A model generated the notes under the pieces. It was not told the DNA's origin. It worked only from the letters and a program-made list of their open reading frames with translations, and searched no databases. DNA of 64,000 nt from Candidatus Bathyarchaeota archaeon B26-2 (GTDB taxonomy: Archaea; Thermoproteota; Bathyarchaeia; Bathyarchaeales; B26-1), in the NCBI GenBank assembly GCA_001593935.1, contig LUCE01000019.1, positions 35,491 through 99,490 on the forward strand, given 5' to 3'. The translations under genes were made by a program, and so were the position numbers. Below are positions 20,119 through 29,223 of this stretch, in pieces. Positions within the stretch are counted from its first letter, which is position 1. Every line of letters begins with the position of its first letter.

Positions 20119-20144
20119 GTTGAAGCCCAGTTTTAGGCTTCAAC
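20119..20144 (+). other. Perfect 9-bp stem / 8-nt loop hairpin followed by a pyrimidine tract
   Basis: GTTGAAGCC-cagtttta-GGCTTCAAC, then attctcttctctcttc. It lies between the small ORF and the MoxR module. Confidence 0.3.
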
Positions 20145-20222
20145 ATTCTCTTCTCTCTTCATTTAGTCCCGGTCTCGGTGCCGATGGTTGAGGATTGGAG
20201 AAAAGTAAAAATCTTACGGAGT

Positions 20223-20230
20223 ATATACAT
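20223..20230 (+). promoter_or_regulatory. Candidate TATA box for a near-leaderless transcript of the MoxR module
   Basis: TATATACA is centred ~21 nt upstream of the ATG at 20247, close to the archaeal TATA-to-TSS spacing. Confidence 0.3.
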
Positions 20231-20246
20231 TATTGTGGTTAGAGCG

Positions 20247-20600
20247 ATGAACGAGACCTACAGGAGATTTCTAGTACTCGAGTCTAAGAGGTACCCTCTG
20301 AAGATGAGTAGGAACACGGTCTCGTGGGAGAGCGAGGATCGGGGATCACCTTCAGAGGCGGATCACCCCAGAGATATACTTGAGTTCATGTATCTCGAGA
20401 GGGGAACGCAGGACGCAGTGGTCATGGACAAGAGGGTTGCTGCGATGCTTCAAGACCGGCTTAGAAACCTAGAAGAGGAGAACCAGCATCTAAGAGGCAG
20501 GGTTAGGATCATGAAGTTCTTGGTCGGAGGCCTCGTGGTCGTGGCTCTACTCTTGACCTGGATGTTGATAGAGATACTCTTCTTCCCGATATACATGTAG
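20247..20600 (+). CDS. Tail-anchored coiled-coil membrane protein (hypothetical)
   Basis: The leucine-zipper-like stretch LQDRLRNLEEENQHLRGRV is followed directly by the C-terminal TM helix FLVGGLVVVALLLTWMLIEILFF. Ends 14 nt before the next gene. Confidence 0.5.
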   Translation: MNETYRRFLVLESKRYPLKMSRNTVSWESEDRGSPSEADHPRDILEFMYLERGTQDAVVMDKRVAAMLQDRLRNLEEENQHLRGRVRIMKFLVGGLVVVALLLTWMLIEILFFPIYM

Positions 20601-20614
20601 GGAGAGAATGGAAT

Positions 20615-21844
20615 ATGTCGTTAAGAGGTAAGATTAAAGATTTAGAGCTTGAGTTGAAGTCGAGGTTTGTCGGTAACGAGGAAGTAATCCATATAATGAT
20701 TCTGAATCAGTTGCATCCGCGTTCAACGACGCTCATACGTGCTCCTAGAGGACTTGGAAAGTCGACCCTCATGTTGCTTACGCTCAAGGGCGTATGTGGG
20801 GAGGACATAGTAGTCGTCTCGGGAGCTTCTGAAGTGAAGCGCGGCGAGGTTGTAGGCCGGCTTCACATACCGTCCTTGGAGCGGGAAGGTGTTGAGAGGG
20901 TTCTATGGGCAGCCTTCACGAAGAGTAGGGGAAAAGGCTTAGACGAGATGAATAGGCTCAACCCCTACACCACAGCGAACATCCACCACATGATGCAGTT
21001 CGGCGAGGTCTGGGCTTACGGTCAGAGAACCGTTATCGGTGATTACACCCTTATAGCCAACGAGAACCCCTTAGACGTGACGTCCTTCATCCATCCTCCT
21101 CCCTTCTATGACCGCTTCGACGTCTGCCTATACTTGAGCTCGCTGAGCCTAAGCGAGAAGTTCCAGCTCCAAGACCTCTTGGAGAAGTACGACTGGAACA
21201 TGGTAGACTCTATGCCTCAGGTTCTCTCCTTCGAGGAGCTCGAGGAGGCCCGTAAAGAGGTCTCAAGCGTAGAGCTCAGTCCGGAGATAATCGGTTACAT
21301 AAACCTCTTGGTGAGGGACTTCCAAGTCTGTATTCGGGAGAAGGAGAGGTCGGAGATTAAGCCTCCCACCCTCTGTGAAGGGTGCCACTTCATAAGGGAC
21401 GTCTGCAGCATGGTTAAGGAGCCATTAAGTGAGAGGGCGACGATAGCCTTAACCCACTTAGCCAAGGCATCTAAGTGGCTTTACGGGAAGTGTGACATCG
21501 AAGATGTGTTCCGCATGGCTCTCTGGGTTCTACCCCACCGCATGACCTTGGTTCGGACCAGAAACCTCTTAGAGGACCTCCAAAGCCTCCTCGAGAGGGA
21601 ACGCGTAAAGATGGAGGACCGGAACATGAGGAGGCAGTGGGCCCTCCTCAACAACCTGATGAACAAGTTCAACCCCTCTCTCTACAGGCTTGCTAGGGAC
21701 GCAGCGGTCGAGGACGTGGTGCTCGCAGAGGAACTCATAAAACTAGAGGATAAATGGGTTAAGGAAGGTCTCCTAAGGAGGGACGAGCTCCTCTCCACCC
21801 AGATGGGCTGGAAGATACCGCAGGTATGGAGCCCCCGCACATAA
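20615..21844 (+). CDS. MoxR/ChlI-clade AAA+ ATPase
   Basis: Walker A APRGLGKST, Walker B GLDEMNR, sensor-1 region IANENP, YDRFD, and lid helix VLPHRMTL. The C-terminal domain carries CEGCHFIRDVC. Confidence 0.8.
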   Translation: MSLRGKIKDLELELKSRFVGNEEVIHIMILNQLHPRSTTLIRAPRGLGKSTLMLLTLKGVCGEDIVVVSGASEVKRGEVVGRLHIPSLEREGVERVLWAAFTKSRGKGLDEMNRLNPYTTANIHHMMQFGEVWAYGQRTVIGDYTLIANENPLDVTSFIHPPPFYDRFDVCLYLSSLSLSEKFQLQDLLEKYDWNMVDSMPQVLSFEELEEARKEVSSVELSPEIIGYINLLVRDFQVCIREKERSEIKPPTLCEGCHFIRDVCSMVKEPLSERATIALTHLAKASKWLYGKCDIEDVFRMALWVLPHRMTLVRTRNLLEDLQSLLERERVKMEDRNMRRQWALLNNLMNKFNPSLYRLARDAAVEDVVLAEELIKLEDKWVKEGLLRRDELLSTQMGWKIPQVWSPRT

Positions 21845-23643
21845 TGAACCGACCGAACAGAACCGAAGAGATCGACATAACGGAGATCTTCAATCAAGCA
21901 TGGGCTGAGCTCTACTGTCCCCCGGTTAGGCTCTCCCTGGTACAGGAGGGGGGAGATGATGGTGATAGACCCCTCAGTCCAGCCCCTTTCTCGGTGCTGA
22001 ACGGCACGATCTACCTCAAGCCTGACATCGTTCCTAGGGGCTGCGACCCCAAGAGGTTCCTCCTCTGGTACTTCAGACACGAGATGGCTCACATCCACAA
22101 CTGTCCATACGATATAAAGACGGCTTACAGCCTCGAGAGGGCCGCCTACAAGGTTGTGGGAGACTGGAGCCTCGCGTACTTGGCGACACACATCTTTGCT
22201 GATCTCCAAGTGAACCTCAACTACCTCCCTAAGAGGTTCAACGAGATACCTTACATCATAAGTGTCATTGGGGAGAGGGCTTCATCCCTGCTTGACGAGA
22301 TTCTACAGGGCGTCTACGTGAACATCCACTCCGCCATCAAGCCCAAACATAGGGATATATCAGAGGCCGGCAGGGAGATCGCGACGATCATCAGCCTCAA
22401 CAAGACATGGCACACCAAGGTTCAGATGATAGCCATAATTCTGCGGAGGCTCAGGAGTAGGTGTCCCAGACTCTTCTCGAAGGGAAAGATGAGGAAGTTC
22501 ATAATAGAGAACCCAATTCGCATCAGAGAGGACTTCCTACCGAACTCGATGAGTATGATCGAGGAGACATACGGGTCGATCACCGATCAAGAGGAAGCCC
22601 GAGAATTCTTTAGGCACTGGGTTGAACCCCGCCTCCCGAGGGGAGAGATGGAAGAAGCCGAGGAGAAGCTGAAGAGGAGGCTTAAGATCAGGAGGAGTAG
22701 AAAGAAGGAAAAGAAGGGGGGAGGCGACGAGAAGAAGGAAGGCCCTCACGGGGGGAAGGAGGTTGACCTCAAAAAGGACTTCAAGGTCTCAGATGACCTC
22801 TTCGGGGATGAGCCTCACCTATCGACCTCCCTATCGAAGCCTTACGATAAGATAGGTTCAAACTCTATGAGGGAGGCCTTCTGGAAGAGGTATTGGTACC
22901 GGTCGAGGGCTGAGAGGATAATAATTCAGTACTTGGCTGAGAGTCCAAGCCGGAGGCCCGTATGGTCCGTTGCGAAGTATCCGGACGAGTGGTACATAGA
23001 GGACGACATAGAGGACTTGGACGTAGAGATGAGCCTAGACGAGGGACCGCTGATACCGGAGGTCACGACCTTGAAGTGGGTTGAGGAGCCTACTTCTCAA
23101 GGCCAATCCATCATAAGCGGGTTCGTCCCTTCGGCCATAACGGTCTTGGACTCGAGCTACAGCATGATAAAGACCCACGACGTGGCGGCGATCGCAGCCT
23201 TCATAGCCCACCTCAGCGCCTTCAAGGCTGGAGGCCAAACATCCGTTGTGAACTTCTCGACGAGGTACGTCTCCGCCGACTGGAACTCTCCTCCAGACGT
23301 TAAGGAACTCACCCTCTCCATGAGCTTTAATGAATTCACAGTCTTCCCGGCCTACGAGGTTATGAGGTTAGCCTCGTCCAATAGGGGGGTTTGCTTCATC
23401 GTCATAATCACGGATGGGGGGTGGCAGAACGTAGACGAGGCGGTTCCCCTCCTCGAGAGGATGGCCGATCTAGGGCATAAAATCTTCATCTTCCAGCTTC
23501 CGGGTGGAGAGTACATGGACCGAATAGAGTTCATAAAGAGGAGCCCCCACATCCAAGTCTACAGAGTTGATAAACCCGAAGTAGACCTGCAGAACCTCGT
23601 CCTCTCGGAGAGCATCAGAACGTATAGGAAGTTCCTAACCTAA
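21826..23643 (+). CDS. HExxH metallopeptidase-like domain fused to a von Willebrand A domain (DUF2201-like architecture)
   Basis: N-terminal GTIYLKPD...FRHEMAHIHNCPYD. C-terminal MIDAS VLDSSYSM, FTVF and ITDGG. A K/E-rich linker lies at 22640-22790. It overlaps the ATPase gene; the alternative ATG at 21844 gives a TAATG junction. Confidence 0.8.
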   Translation: MEPPHIMNRPNRTEEIDITEIFNQAWAELYCPPVRLSLVQEGGDDGDRPLSPAPFSVLNGTIYLKPDIVPRGCDPKRFLLWYFRHEMAHIHNCPYDIKTAYSLERAAYKVVGDWSLAYLATHIFADLQVNLNYLPKRFNEIPYIISVIGERASSLLDEILQGVYVNIHSAIKPKHRDISEAGREIATIISLNKTWHTKVQMIAIILRRLRSRCPRLFSKGKMRKFIIENPIRIREDFLPNSMSMIEETYGSITDQEEAREFFRHWVEPRLPRGEMEEAEEKLKRRLKIRRSRKKEKKGGGDEKKEGPHGGKEVDLKKDFKVSDDLFGDEPHLSTSLSKPYDKIGSNSMREAFWKRYWYRSRAERIIIQYLAESPSRRPVWSVAKYPDEWYIEDDIEDLDVEMSLDEGPLIPEVTTLKWVEEPTSQGQSIISGFVPSAITVLDSSYSMIKTHDVAAIAAFIAHLSAFKAGGQTSVVNFSTRYVSADWNSPPDVKELTLSMSFNEFTVFPAYEVMRLASSNRGVCFIVIITDGGWQNVDEAVPLLERMADLGHKIFIFQLPGGEYMDRIEFIKRSPHIQVYRVDKPEVDLQNLVLSESIRTYRKFLT

Positions 23644-23660
23644 TAGACCCCTTTAATCTC

Positions 23661-24458
23661 TTAAATCTTGAGTAGAGGCGTATAGAGGTCGACCCTCCGG
23701 TCGGCCCAGAGGTTGTTTCGTTCGGTAACCTTCTTAGAGTCTGAGAACTGGGGGTCGACCTCTACAACTCTGACCTCTTCCTTGTCTCTTTCGCCCTTGG
23801 CTAAGACCCTCATGGCTGGGTCGACTATCTGGCTCATACCGGTGAACCTCAACCCTCTCTCAAATCCTATCCGGTTAGCCGTTATTATGAAGACCCTGTT
23901 CTGGATAGCCGCCCCGAGGAGCGCGGATTGACAGTACGGCAGAACCAAGTTTGACGGGTGGCACACGATCTGAGCTCCCTTCAGGGCAAGTATGCGGATG
24001 ACCTCTGGGAAGAACCAGTCGAAGCAGATCATCATCCCCACTTTAGCCTTCGCTATGCTGTGAACTTGGAATGGTGTGTCGCCTCTAGTGAACCACAACT
24101 TCTCCTCGTCGAAGAGGTGGGCCTTCCTGTACTTAGCCACGAACCCTTCAGGTCCAACCAGAACCGCTGAGTTGAAGTATCTGTCACTGCTCCGCTCGCA
24201 TATTCCCGCAACTATGTAGAGGCCGGCCTCCTCGGCAAACCGGATGAGCGTCTCGGTGGTCCTCCCGTTTGGAATCTCCTCAGAGAGGCTCCTAACCTCC
24301 TCCTCGCTCATGAACCTATACCCCGTGCTGCAGAGCTCCGGCAAGACTAGGAGGTCCGCCTCCTCTCCGGCTCCAACATCGAGAAGACTCAGCATCCTCT
24401 GGATGTTCCGTTCCTTCTCGCCGAAGACGGGCTCAAACTGAACGAAGCCAACCTTCAT
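23661..24458 (-). CDS. Carbon-nitrogen hydrolase (nitrilase superfamily)
   Basis: E-K-C triad contexts VLPEL, YRKAHLF and MMICFD. The likely start is MKVGFVQF. Confidence 0.85.
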   Translation of the reverse strand: MKVGFVQFEPVFGEKERNIQRMLSLLDVGAGEEADLLVLPELCSTGYRFMSEEEVRSLSEEIPNGRTTETLIRFAEEAGLYIVAGICERSSDRYFNSAVLVGPEGFVAKYRKAHLFDEEKLWFTRGDTPFQVHSIAKAKVGMMICFDWFFPEVIRILALKGAQIVCHPSNLVLPYCQSALLGAAIQNRVFIITANRIGFERGLRFTGMSQIVDPAMRVLAKGERDKEEVRVVEVDPQFSDSKKVTERNNLWADRRVDLYTPLLKI

Positions 24459-24704
24459 GAAGAAAGCCTCCATAACCACGCCTACAGCACACACATCTGC
24501 ATATTCCTAAAAAGTTAACGCTTACGTTAAGTTGTAGGGGTATTTGAGGAGTGGGGGTCATCCTCTTCTGGTTACCAATAGAGTTCTCCTTTTGATAATC
24601 AAAGTTTTGGGTTTCCAATGGTTGAGGGGTTCTCGGGCAAGGCACAGCGAACATATGTCCTCACAACTATAATGAAGGTGAAAGTTAATATCTCTAATTT
24701 CACT

Positions 24705-25172
24705 ATGTGTTCATCGAGCGGAAAAGAGGGTGATAATGTGAGAACGCCCAAACCGGTTAAGTCTGTTTCTGAGGACCTACTTGAAGTGGCGGTTAGTTTT
24801 CACGGCCACCTCGGCCCCTTCTTAGCGTTAGGCTTGAAGGCCGGCCTATACGCGGTCGAGGTTCTTGGCAAGGAACCCTTCGAGACGAAGGCTGTCGTTA
24901 GAACTGAGCCGCGTCCACCCCGCTCATGCTTCGTCGATGGGGTTCAGATTACAACAGGATGCACCATGGGCAAAGGGAACATAGCGTTGAAGGATGGAGA
25001 AGGTCTATCCATCCTCATCTCAAGAAGAGAGAAGAGGCTTCTACTTAAAGTGAAGGCCGATGTCTTGAGAGCGGCCGAAGAAGTGACCTCAAAGAATATG
25101 GAGCGAATTGCGCTCAGCATCCTAGAGAGGAGCGCCCAAGATCTCTTCGAGATTGAGGAGGCTACTGAGTAG
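24705..25172 (+). CDS. FmdE-domain protein
   Basis: VSFHGHLGPFLALGLKAG and DGVQITTGCTMGKGN are typical of the FmdE/FwdE domain. The start is ambiguous (ATG 24705 or GTG 24738). Confidence 0.7.
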   Translation: MCSSSGKEGDNVRTPKPVKSVSEDLLEVAVSFHGHLGPFLALGLKAGLYAVEVLGKEPFETKAVVRTEPRPPRSCFVDGVQITTGCTMGKGNIALKDGEGLSILISRREKRLLLKVKADVLRAAEEVTSKNMERIALSILERSAQDLFEIEEATE

Positions 25173-25177
25173 GAGAG

Positions 25178-25891
25178 TTATTTCGGTTTCTCTTCCGGCT
25201 TGTATAGGCGCTTCTCGTAGGCGCTTCTAGGTTTGAGGCCTCTATAACTCCGCGCGGAGGCCCTCGCACGTTCTATGTTCTTGAGTCTGGCTTGGGCAAT
25301 CGCTATCTTGGTCTTTGAGGGACCGGTTCTGGCTCTCCGCCTCTTGGATTTCTTGCGGACGAACTCTCTAAAGGTCTTCTTGGAGGCTTTTCGCCTCCTC
25401 TTCCTAGGGATAGATGTCCCCTCTGAGGCTGGCTTCTCCTCCTTCCTGAAGGTAACCTCTTCGCCGTCTAGGTTGACGGCCTCAACTCTCCATCCGACAG
25501 TCATCCAAGCCTCTGAAGGCGACCTGTTGCGTACGTTGCTCCACCAATTCTTAGAATGGTAGGCTGAGTGGGGGAGAATGTCTCCGATTATCTCCTCTAT
25601 CCTAGAAAACTTGAGAGTGACTTGAGAGGTGTAGGCCGCTCTCCTAGCGAGGTATATGCTAAGCGGAGCGTATTTACTCTTAGGCCTGAACCTAGGCGTG
25701 ACCATCTTTCTGGCGCAATTGAGGCAGAGGACCTCGCCGAGATCGTTGAGTACGGTGCAGTTCTTGCAGTAGAGCCGACCGCACCGGCTGCAACGTTGGA
25801 GCATAAAGTATGGGTAGGTCTCCTCACAGATGGGGCAAGTATCGTCCACAATTATGGGGCGCATCCCCATGAAACCGGAACCACCCAACAT
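25178..25891 (-). CDS. Zinc-ribbon protein with a central WW/GW module and a very basic C-terminal tail
   Basis: CPICEE...CSRCGRLYCKNC...CLNC, then LPHSAYHSKNWWSNV...AWMTVGWRVEAV, then a K/R-rich ~90-aa tail. Confidence 0.5.
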   Translation of the reverse strand: MLGGSGFMGMRPIIVDDTCPICEETYPYFMLQRCSRCGRLYCKNCTVLNDLGEVLCLNCARKMVTPRFRPKSKYAPLSIYLARRAAYTSQVTLKFSRIEEIIGDILPHSAYHSKNWWSNVRNRSPSEAWMTVGWRVEAVNLDGEEVTFRKEEKPASEGTSIPRKRRRKASKKTFREFVRKKSKRRRARTGPSKTKIAIAQARLKNIERARASARSYRGLKPRSAYEKRLYKPEEKPK

Positions 25892-25961
25892 TTACATTAG
25901 CCGTTCACATAAAAAATAAAGGGTTCGGACGGAAAGTCCATGAACCTCTCGGAGAGAGGAC

Positions 25962-26150
25962 TCAGGAACTCAGCCTCGAGGCTTGCTCGCCTCTCATCCC
26001 CCAGTTGCTCTTCGGCACATCGTGGATTATTACAGTCAGCCACTCAGGCTTAACCCCGATCTCCTCAAAGGCCTTCGTCACACCCTTTATCAGGGTGCGT
26101 TTCTGCTCCTCGCTCCGTCCCTCCCACATCTCAATTATAACCACAGGCAT
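25962..26150 (-). CDS. 4-oxalocrotonate tautomerase family protein
   Basis: MPVVIIEMWEGRSEEQKRTLIKGVTKAFEE has Pro1 after the initiator Met, and the product is 62 aa. The longer tracked ORF is an artefactual 5' extension. Confidence 0.8.
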   Translation of the reverse strand: MPVVIIEMWEGRSEEQKRTLIKGVTKAFEEIGVKPEWLTVIIHDVPKSNWGMRGEQASRLSS

Positions 26151-26252
26151 GGACACACAACCTTCAAACCCATGAAATGGAACAGCAAATAAACCTTTAA
26201 GCCTTAAACGCTCCTTTATTGGCATGGATATAGAGTCCAGGAGGGTCTGGAC

Positions 26253-27059
26253 GTGAAGATCGGTGTCTGCACGATCGCTTGGAGAGATCAGCTCCCAATC
26301 TTCGAGATAATCGAGACTGCGGCCCGCATAGGCTTCGACGGGATCGAGGTTTGGGGCCGGCCTCCACATACACCTAGACCCTACAACCAGGAGTATGTAG
26401 ACCGTGTCAGAAAGGCGCTGTCGGATCATGGGCTTGAGGTCTCGATGTTTGGGTCGTATGTGAGGGCTGGTATGGAGAACCTTAAGGCCGAGGTCAAGTT
26501 CGCGTTGAAGATGACTAAGGGTTTAGGAACGGAAATCTGTAGGATATGGGCTGGCGACAGAGGCACCGACACCGCTGATGAGGGTTATTGGAGCCTAGTC
26601 ATGAGAGACCTAAGAGAAATTTGCAAGGCAGGACGGAGGGAAGGCGTGATCTTCGCCATGGAGAGGCATGCTAACACCTTGACCGACGAGGTTGACTCGG
26701 CGCTTAGACTTCTAAACCTTGTGGGAGAGGAGAACCTAGCGTTGAACTACCAAGTTATGGAAAGCCACTCAACCCCGGAGGAGCTGAAACGTGAGATGAG
26801 GCTCTTGGGCGAGCACATCGTGAACGTTCACGCCTTCAACTTCAGGCGAGGAGAGGGGGAGAGGCCTATATGGGTTAGGTTAGAGGAGGGAGTTATCGAC
26901 TACAAGATCATCTGCGACTCGTTGAAAAAGAGAGGGTTCCAAGGATTCGTGGAGGTCGAGTTTGTTAGGAGAGGAGTAGAGGGGGAGCTCGAACCCGAGG
27001 AGAAGGAGCTCGAGTTGATGAGGGACTACGAGTACCTCCGAAGGCTGACGGCTACTTAA
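26253..27059 (+). CDS. Sugar phosphate isomerase/epimerase (xylose-isomerase-like TIM barrel)
   Basis: GFDGIEVW, FAMERHAN, VHAFN and VEVEF follow the family's metal-ligand pattern. GTG start. Confidence 0.7.
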   Translation: MKIGVCTIAWRDQLPIFEIIETAARIGFDGIEVWGRPPHTPRPYNQEYVDRVRKALSDHGLEVSMFGSYVRAGMENLKAEVKFALKMTKGLGTEICRIWAGDRGTDTADEGYWSLVMRDLREICKAGRREGVIFAMERHANTLTDEVDSALRLLNLVGEENLALNYQVMESHSTPEELKREMRLLGEHIVNVHAFNFRRGEGERPIWVRLEEGVIDYKIICDSLKKRGFQGFVEVEFVRRGVEGELEPEEKELELMRDYEYLRRLTAT

Positions 27060-27990
27060 CGTTCCAGTAGTCTGTGAGCCTCTTCTGGAGGGCTCCCTCC
27101 CTCAACCCGATCACGTAGTCTATTAGGTCTTCAACCTCCTTGAACCTTAGGTTCTTGAGCTTCTCGAACCCCCACCCGGAACACTTTATCCCCGAGATTA
27201 TCGAAGCTGCGGTGACCGACCTCATAACATCTCCTGAAACCTTGTAGGCCGCTAGGAAAGCTCCGCACCAGACATCGCCGGCGCCCGTCGTGTCGACTAC
27301 TCTCCAGACAGGAAAGTTTAGGGCTGGAACCATCTGAACCTCGCCGTCTTCACGGCTTATTATGGCGCCGATCTCACCGAGGGTGACGATGAGCATCCTC
27401 GCCTTCAAGAGTCTGAGGGCCGTGGAGAGAGACTGAGTTCCGGCTAGAGCCTTTGCCTCTGAGTCGTTCAGGATGAAGAAGTCGCTCTTCAAGGCCAGTT
27501 CCTTGAGGAGTTCTCGGTTTCTCCTCCCCTCCTTGATGTAGCCCATCCAGGTGTTGAGGGAGATTAACGTCTCTGGAGATTTAGACCTCACCTTGTCAAC
27601 GATCTTCTGAGCCCTCCTCGGATGTATGGGCGAGATGTGAACGGTGCATTCGGGGCTGAAGGCTTCAGCTGGAACGATCGAGGCTGAGACCCTTGAGCCC
27701 GCGCCGTAACTTGCCTTCACGTACCTTGCATCCCAACGGTCGTCGTAGCTTATCTCGAACCTCGTGGAGGGCATATTGAAGACCCTCACGTAGCTGAGGC
27801 CGAAGGGCATCAGGACTTCCATAAACTTGTAATCTCTACCGACAACCGAGACAAGCCTAACGTCATCGAAGAGCGTCTTCGCAGCCATAGCCGCGTATAG
27901 GGCAGCCCCTCCGGGCTGCACCCTAACGCCGTTGACGTTCTCCACCCGGTCGATGGAGACGTGGCCCACGAAGAAGATGCTGCCAACCAA
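27052..27990 (-). CDS. PfkB-family carbohydrate kinase
   Basis: Signature DTTGAGDVW near the C-terminus and GGAALYAA near the N-terminus. Confidence 0.8.
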   Translation of the reverse strand: MVGSIFFVGHVSIDRVENVNGVRVQPGGAALYAAMAAKTLFDDVRLVSVVGRDYKFMEVLMPFGLSYVRVFNMPSTRFEISYDDRWDARYVKASYGAGSRVSASIVPAEAFSPECTVHISPIHPRRAQKIVDKVRSKSPETLISLNTWMGYIKEGRRNRELLKELALKSDFFILNDSEAKALAGTQSLSTALRLLKARMLIVTLGEIGAIISREDGEVQMVPALNFPVWRVVDTTGAGDVWCGAFLAAYKVSGDVMRSVTAASIISGIKCSGWGFEKLKNLRFKEVEDLIDYVIGLREGALQKRLTDYWNVK

Positions 27991-28085
27991 CCTCCTCAGC
28001 CCCAGTAGAGTAGGCTACCCCATGAATAGAAGGGGTCTGATTAAATAATTTACTTAGTCGTTCTTTGAGGGGGACGTCGCTCTCT

Positions 28086-29117
28086 CTAGAACCACTCCTC
28101 GAGGGTTCTTCTAGTTCTAGCCTTCTTGGAACCGGAGACAGCTTTCTCTAGGGCCTTCCTAACGCGGCTTTCTGAGAAGTCTTTCTCTCCGCAGAGGAAC
28201 CTTATAACGCCTTCCATATCGACATCCTTCCAGACGATACTGTAGTTCTCCGTGACCTCTGGGTTGAGGAATATCTCCTTGATCTTTCTAGGGTCTACGG
28301 GGAATTTTGCGTCCTTCAGTTTCGGGATGGCGGCCTCGAGGCTTCCATACTCCTTTATGAGTTTTAGAGCCTTCTTCGGACCTATGCCCTTCACGCCGTC
28401 GGGGTTAAAGTCTGTTCCTATGAGGATTCCTATGTCTATCAGCTGTTCTCGGGTTATCCCTAGGCTTCTCAGAACCTTGTCGAGCTCAACCACCTCCGGA
28501 ACTACCTCGACGTAGACCCTCTTTCGAGGGAGCTTCCTCCTACCTGAAATCGTGACGTTTCGGAGGAGATGTGGGGCCCCGAAGAGGAGGCTGTCGTAGT
28601 CTTGGCTTGCGCAGTAGTCGGCGTCGCCTTTCTTAACCATGTAGGCTGCTTGGGCTTCACCCTCCGAAGGAGCTTGGACCCAAGGGACACCCATCAAGGT
28701 TAGGAGGCGCTTGGCATCCTCAGCCATGTAATCCTTCAGCCGAGAGGTCATCTGGGCGTACATCCGAGCCTCCTCTATCTTGCCCATCTTTAGGGCCTCT
28801 TCGTACTTCTTCAACGCCTCATCCTTGACTTGGGACCTCCTCTTTATCTCGGTCTCCTTGAGGGCTGGAGGGGTCCCGTCGAAGACGTAGATGACTTTTA
28901 TTCCCATCTCTAGGAGGTTGCAGGTCCTATAGAAGAGACCGCTTAGGTGGCTCGTCACCCTGCCAGTATGGTCTTTCAAGGGAGTTCCGTCGGGCTGCCT
29001 AATTATCGCGAGAAACTGGTAGAGCGCGTTGTATGCGTCTATGGCTATCGATTTACCGGCCAAGTCCTTTAGGCTGACTAGGGTCTTAGGCACAAGGTCC
29101 CTTAAGTTCACTCCCAT
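28086..29117 (-). CDS. fen: Flap endonuclease 1
   Basis: MGVNLRDLV start, XPG-N and XPG-I regions (VFDG, SQDYDSLLFGAP), H3TH GIGPKKALKLI, and a C-terminal PIP-like tail. Confidence 0.92.
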   Translation of the reverse strand: MGVNLRDLVPKTLVSLKDLAGKSIAIDAYNALYQFLAIIRQPDGTPLKDHTGRVTSHLSGLFYRTCNLLEMGIKVIYVFDGTPPALKETEIKRRSQVKDEALKKYEEALKMGKIEEARMYAQMTSRLKDYMAEDAKRLLTLMGVPWVQAPSEGEAQAAYMVKKGDADYCASQDYDSLLFGAPHLLRNVTISGRRKLPRKRVYVEVVPEVVELDKVLRSLGITREQLIDIGILIGTDFNPDGVKGIGPKKALKLIKEYGSLEAAIPKLKDAKFPVDPRKIKEIFLNPEVTENYSIVWKDVDMEGVIRFLCGEKDFSESRVRKALEKAVSGSKKARTRRTLEEWF

Positions 29118-29223
29118 CTCTGACCATCTTCTCCCTTTTCCCTTGATAGAGCATTACCTAGAACGAATAAATATGTATAGTGATGCGTTTAAAATAAAGC
29201 GGTCTTATTGGTACACTTAAATA

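Noticed and set aside
21682-22209. 175-aa antisense ORF spanning the MoxR/VWA junction
   Set aside because: No motifs are present. Both sense genes show strong family signatures across the same bases.
26151-26429. 5' extension of the tautomerase ORF to 155 aa
   Set aside because: Tautomerases of this family need Pro1 immediately after the initiator Met. The extension also overlaps the start of the convergent TIM-barrel gene.
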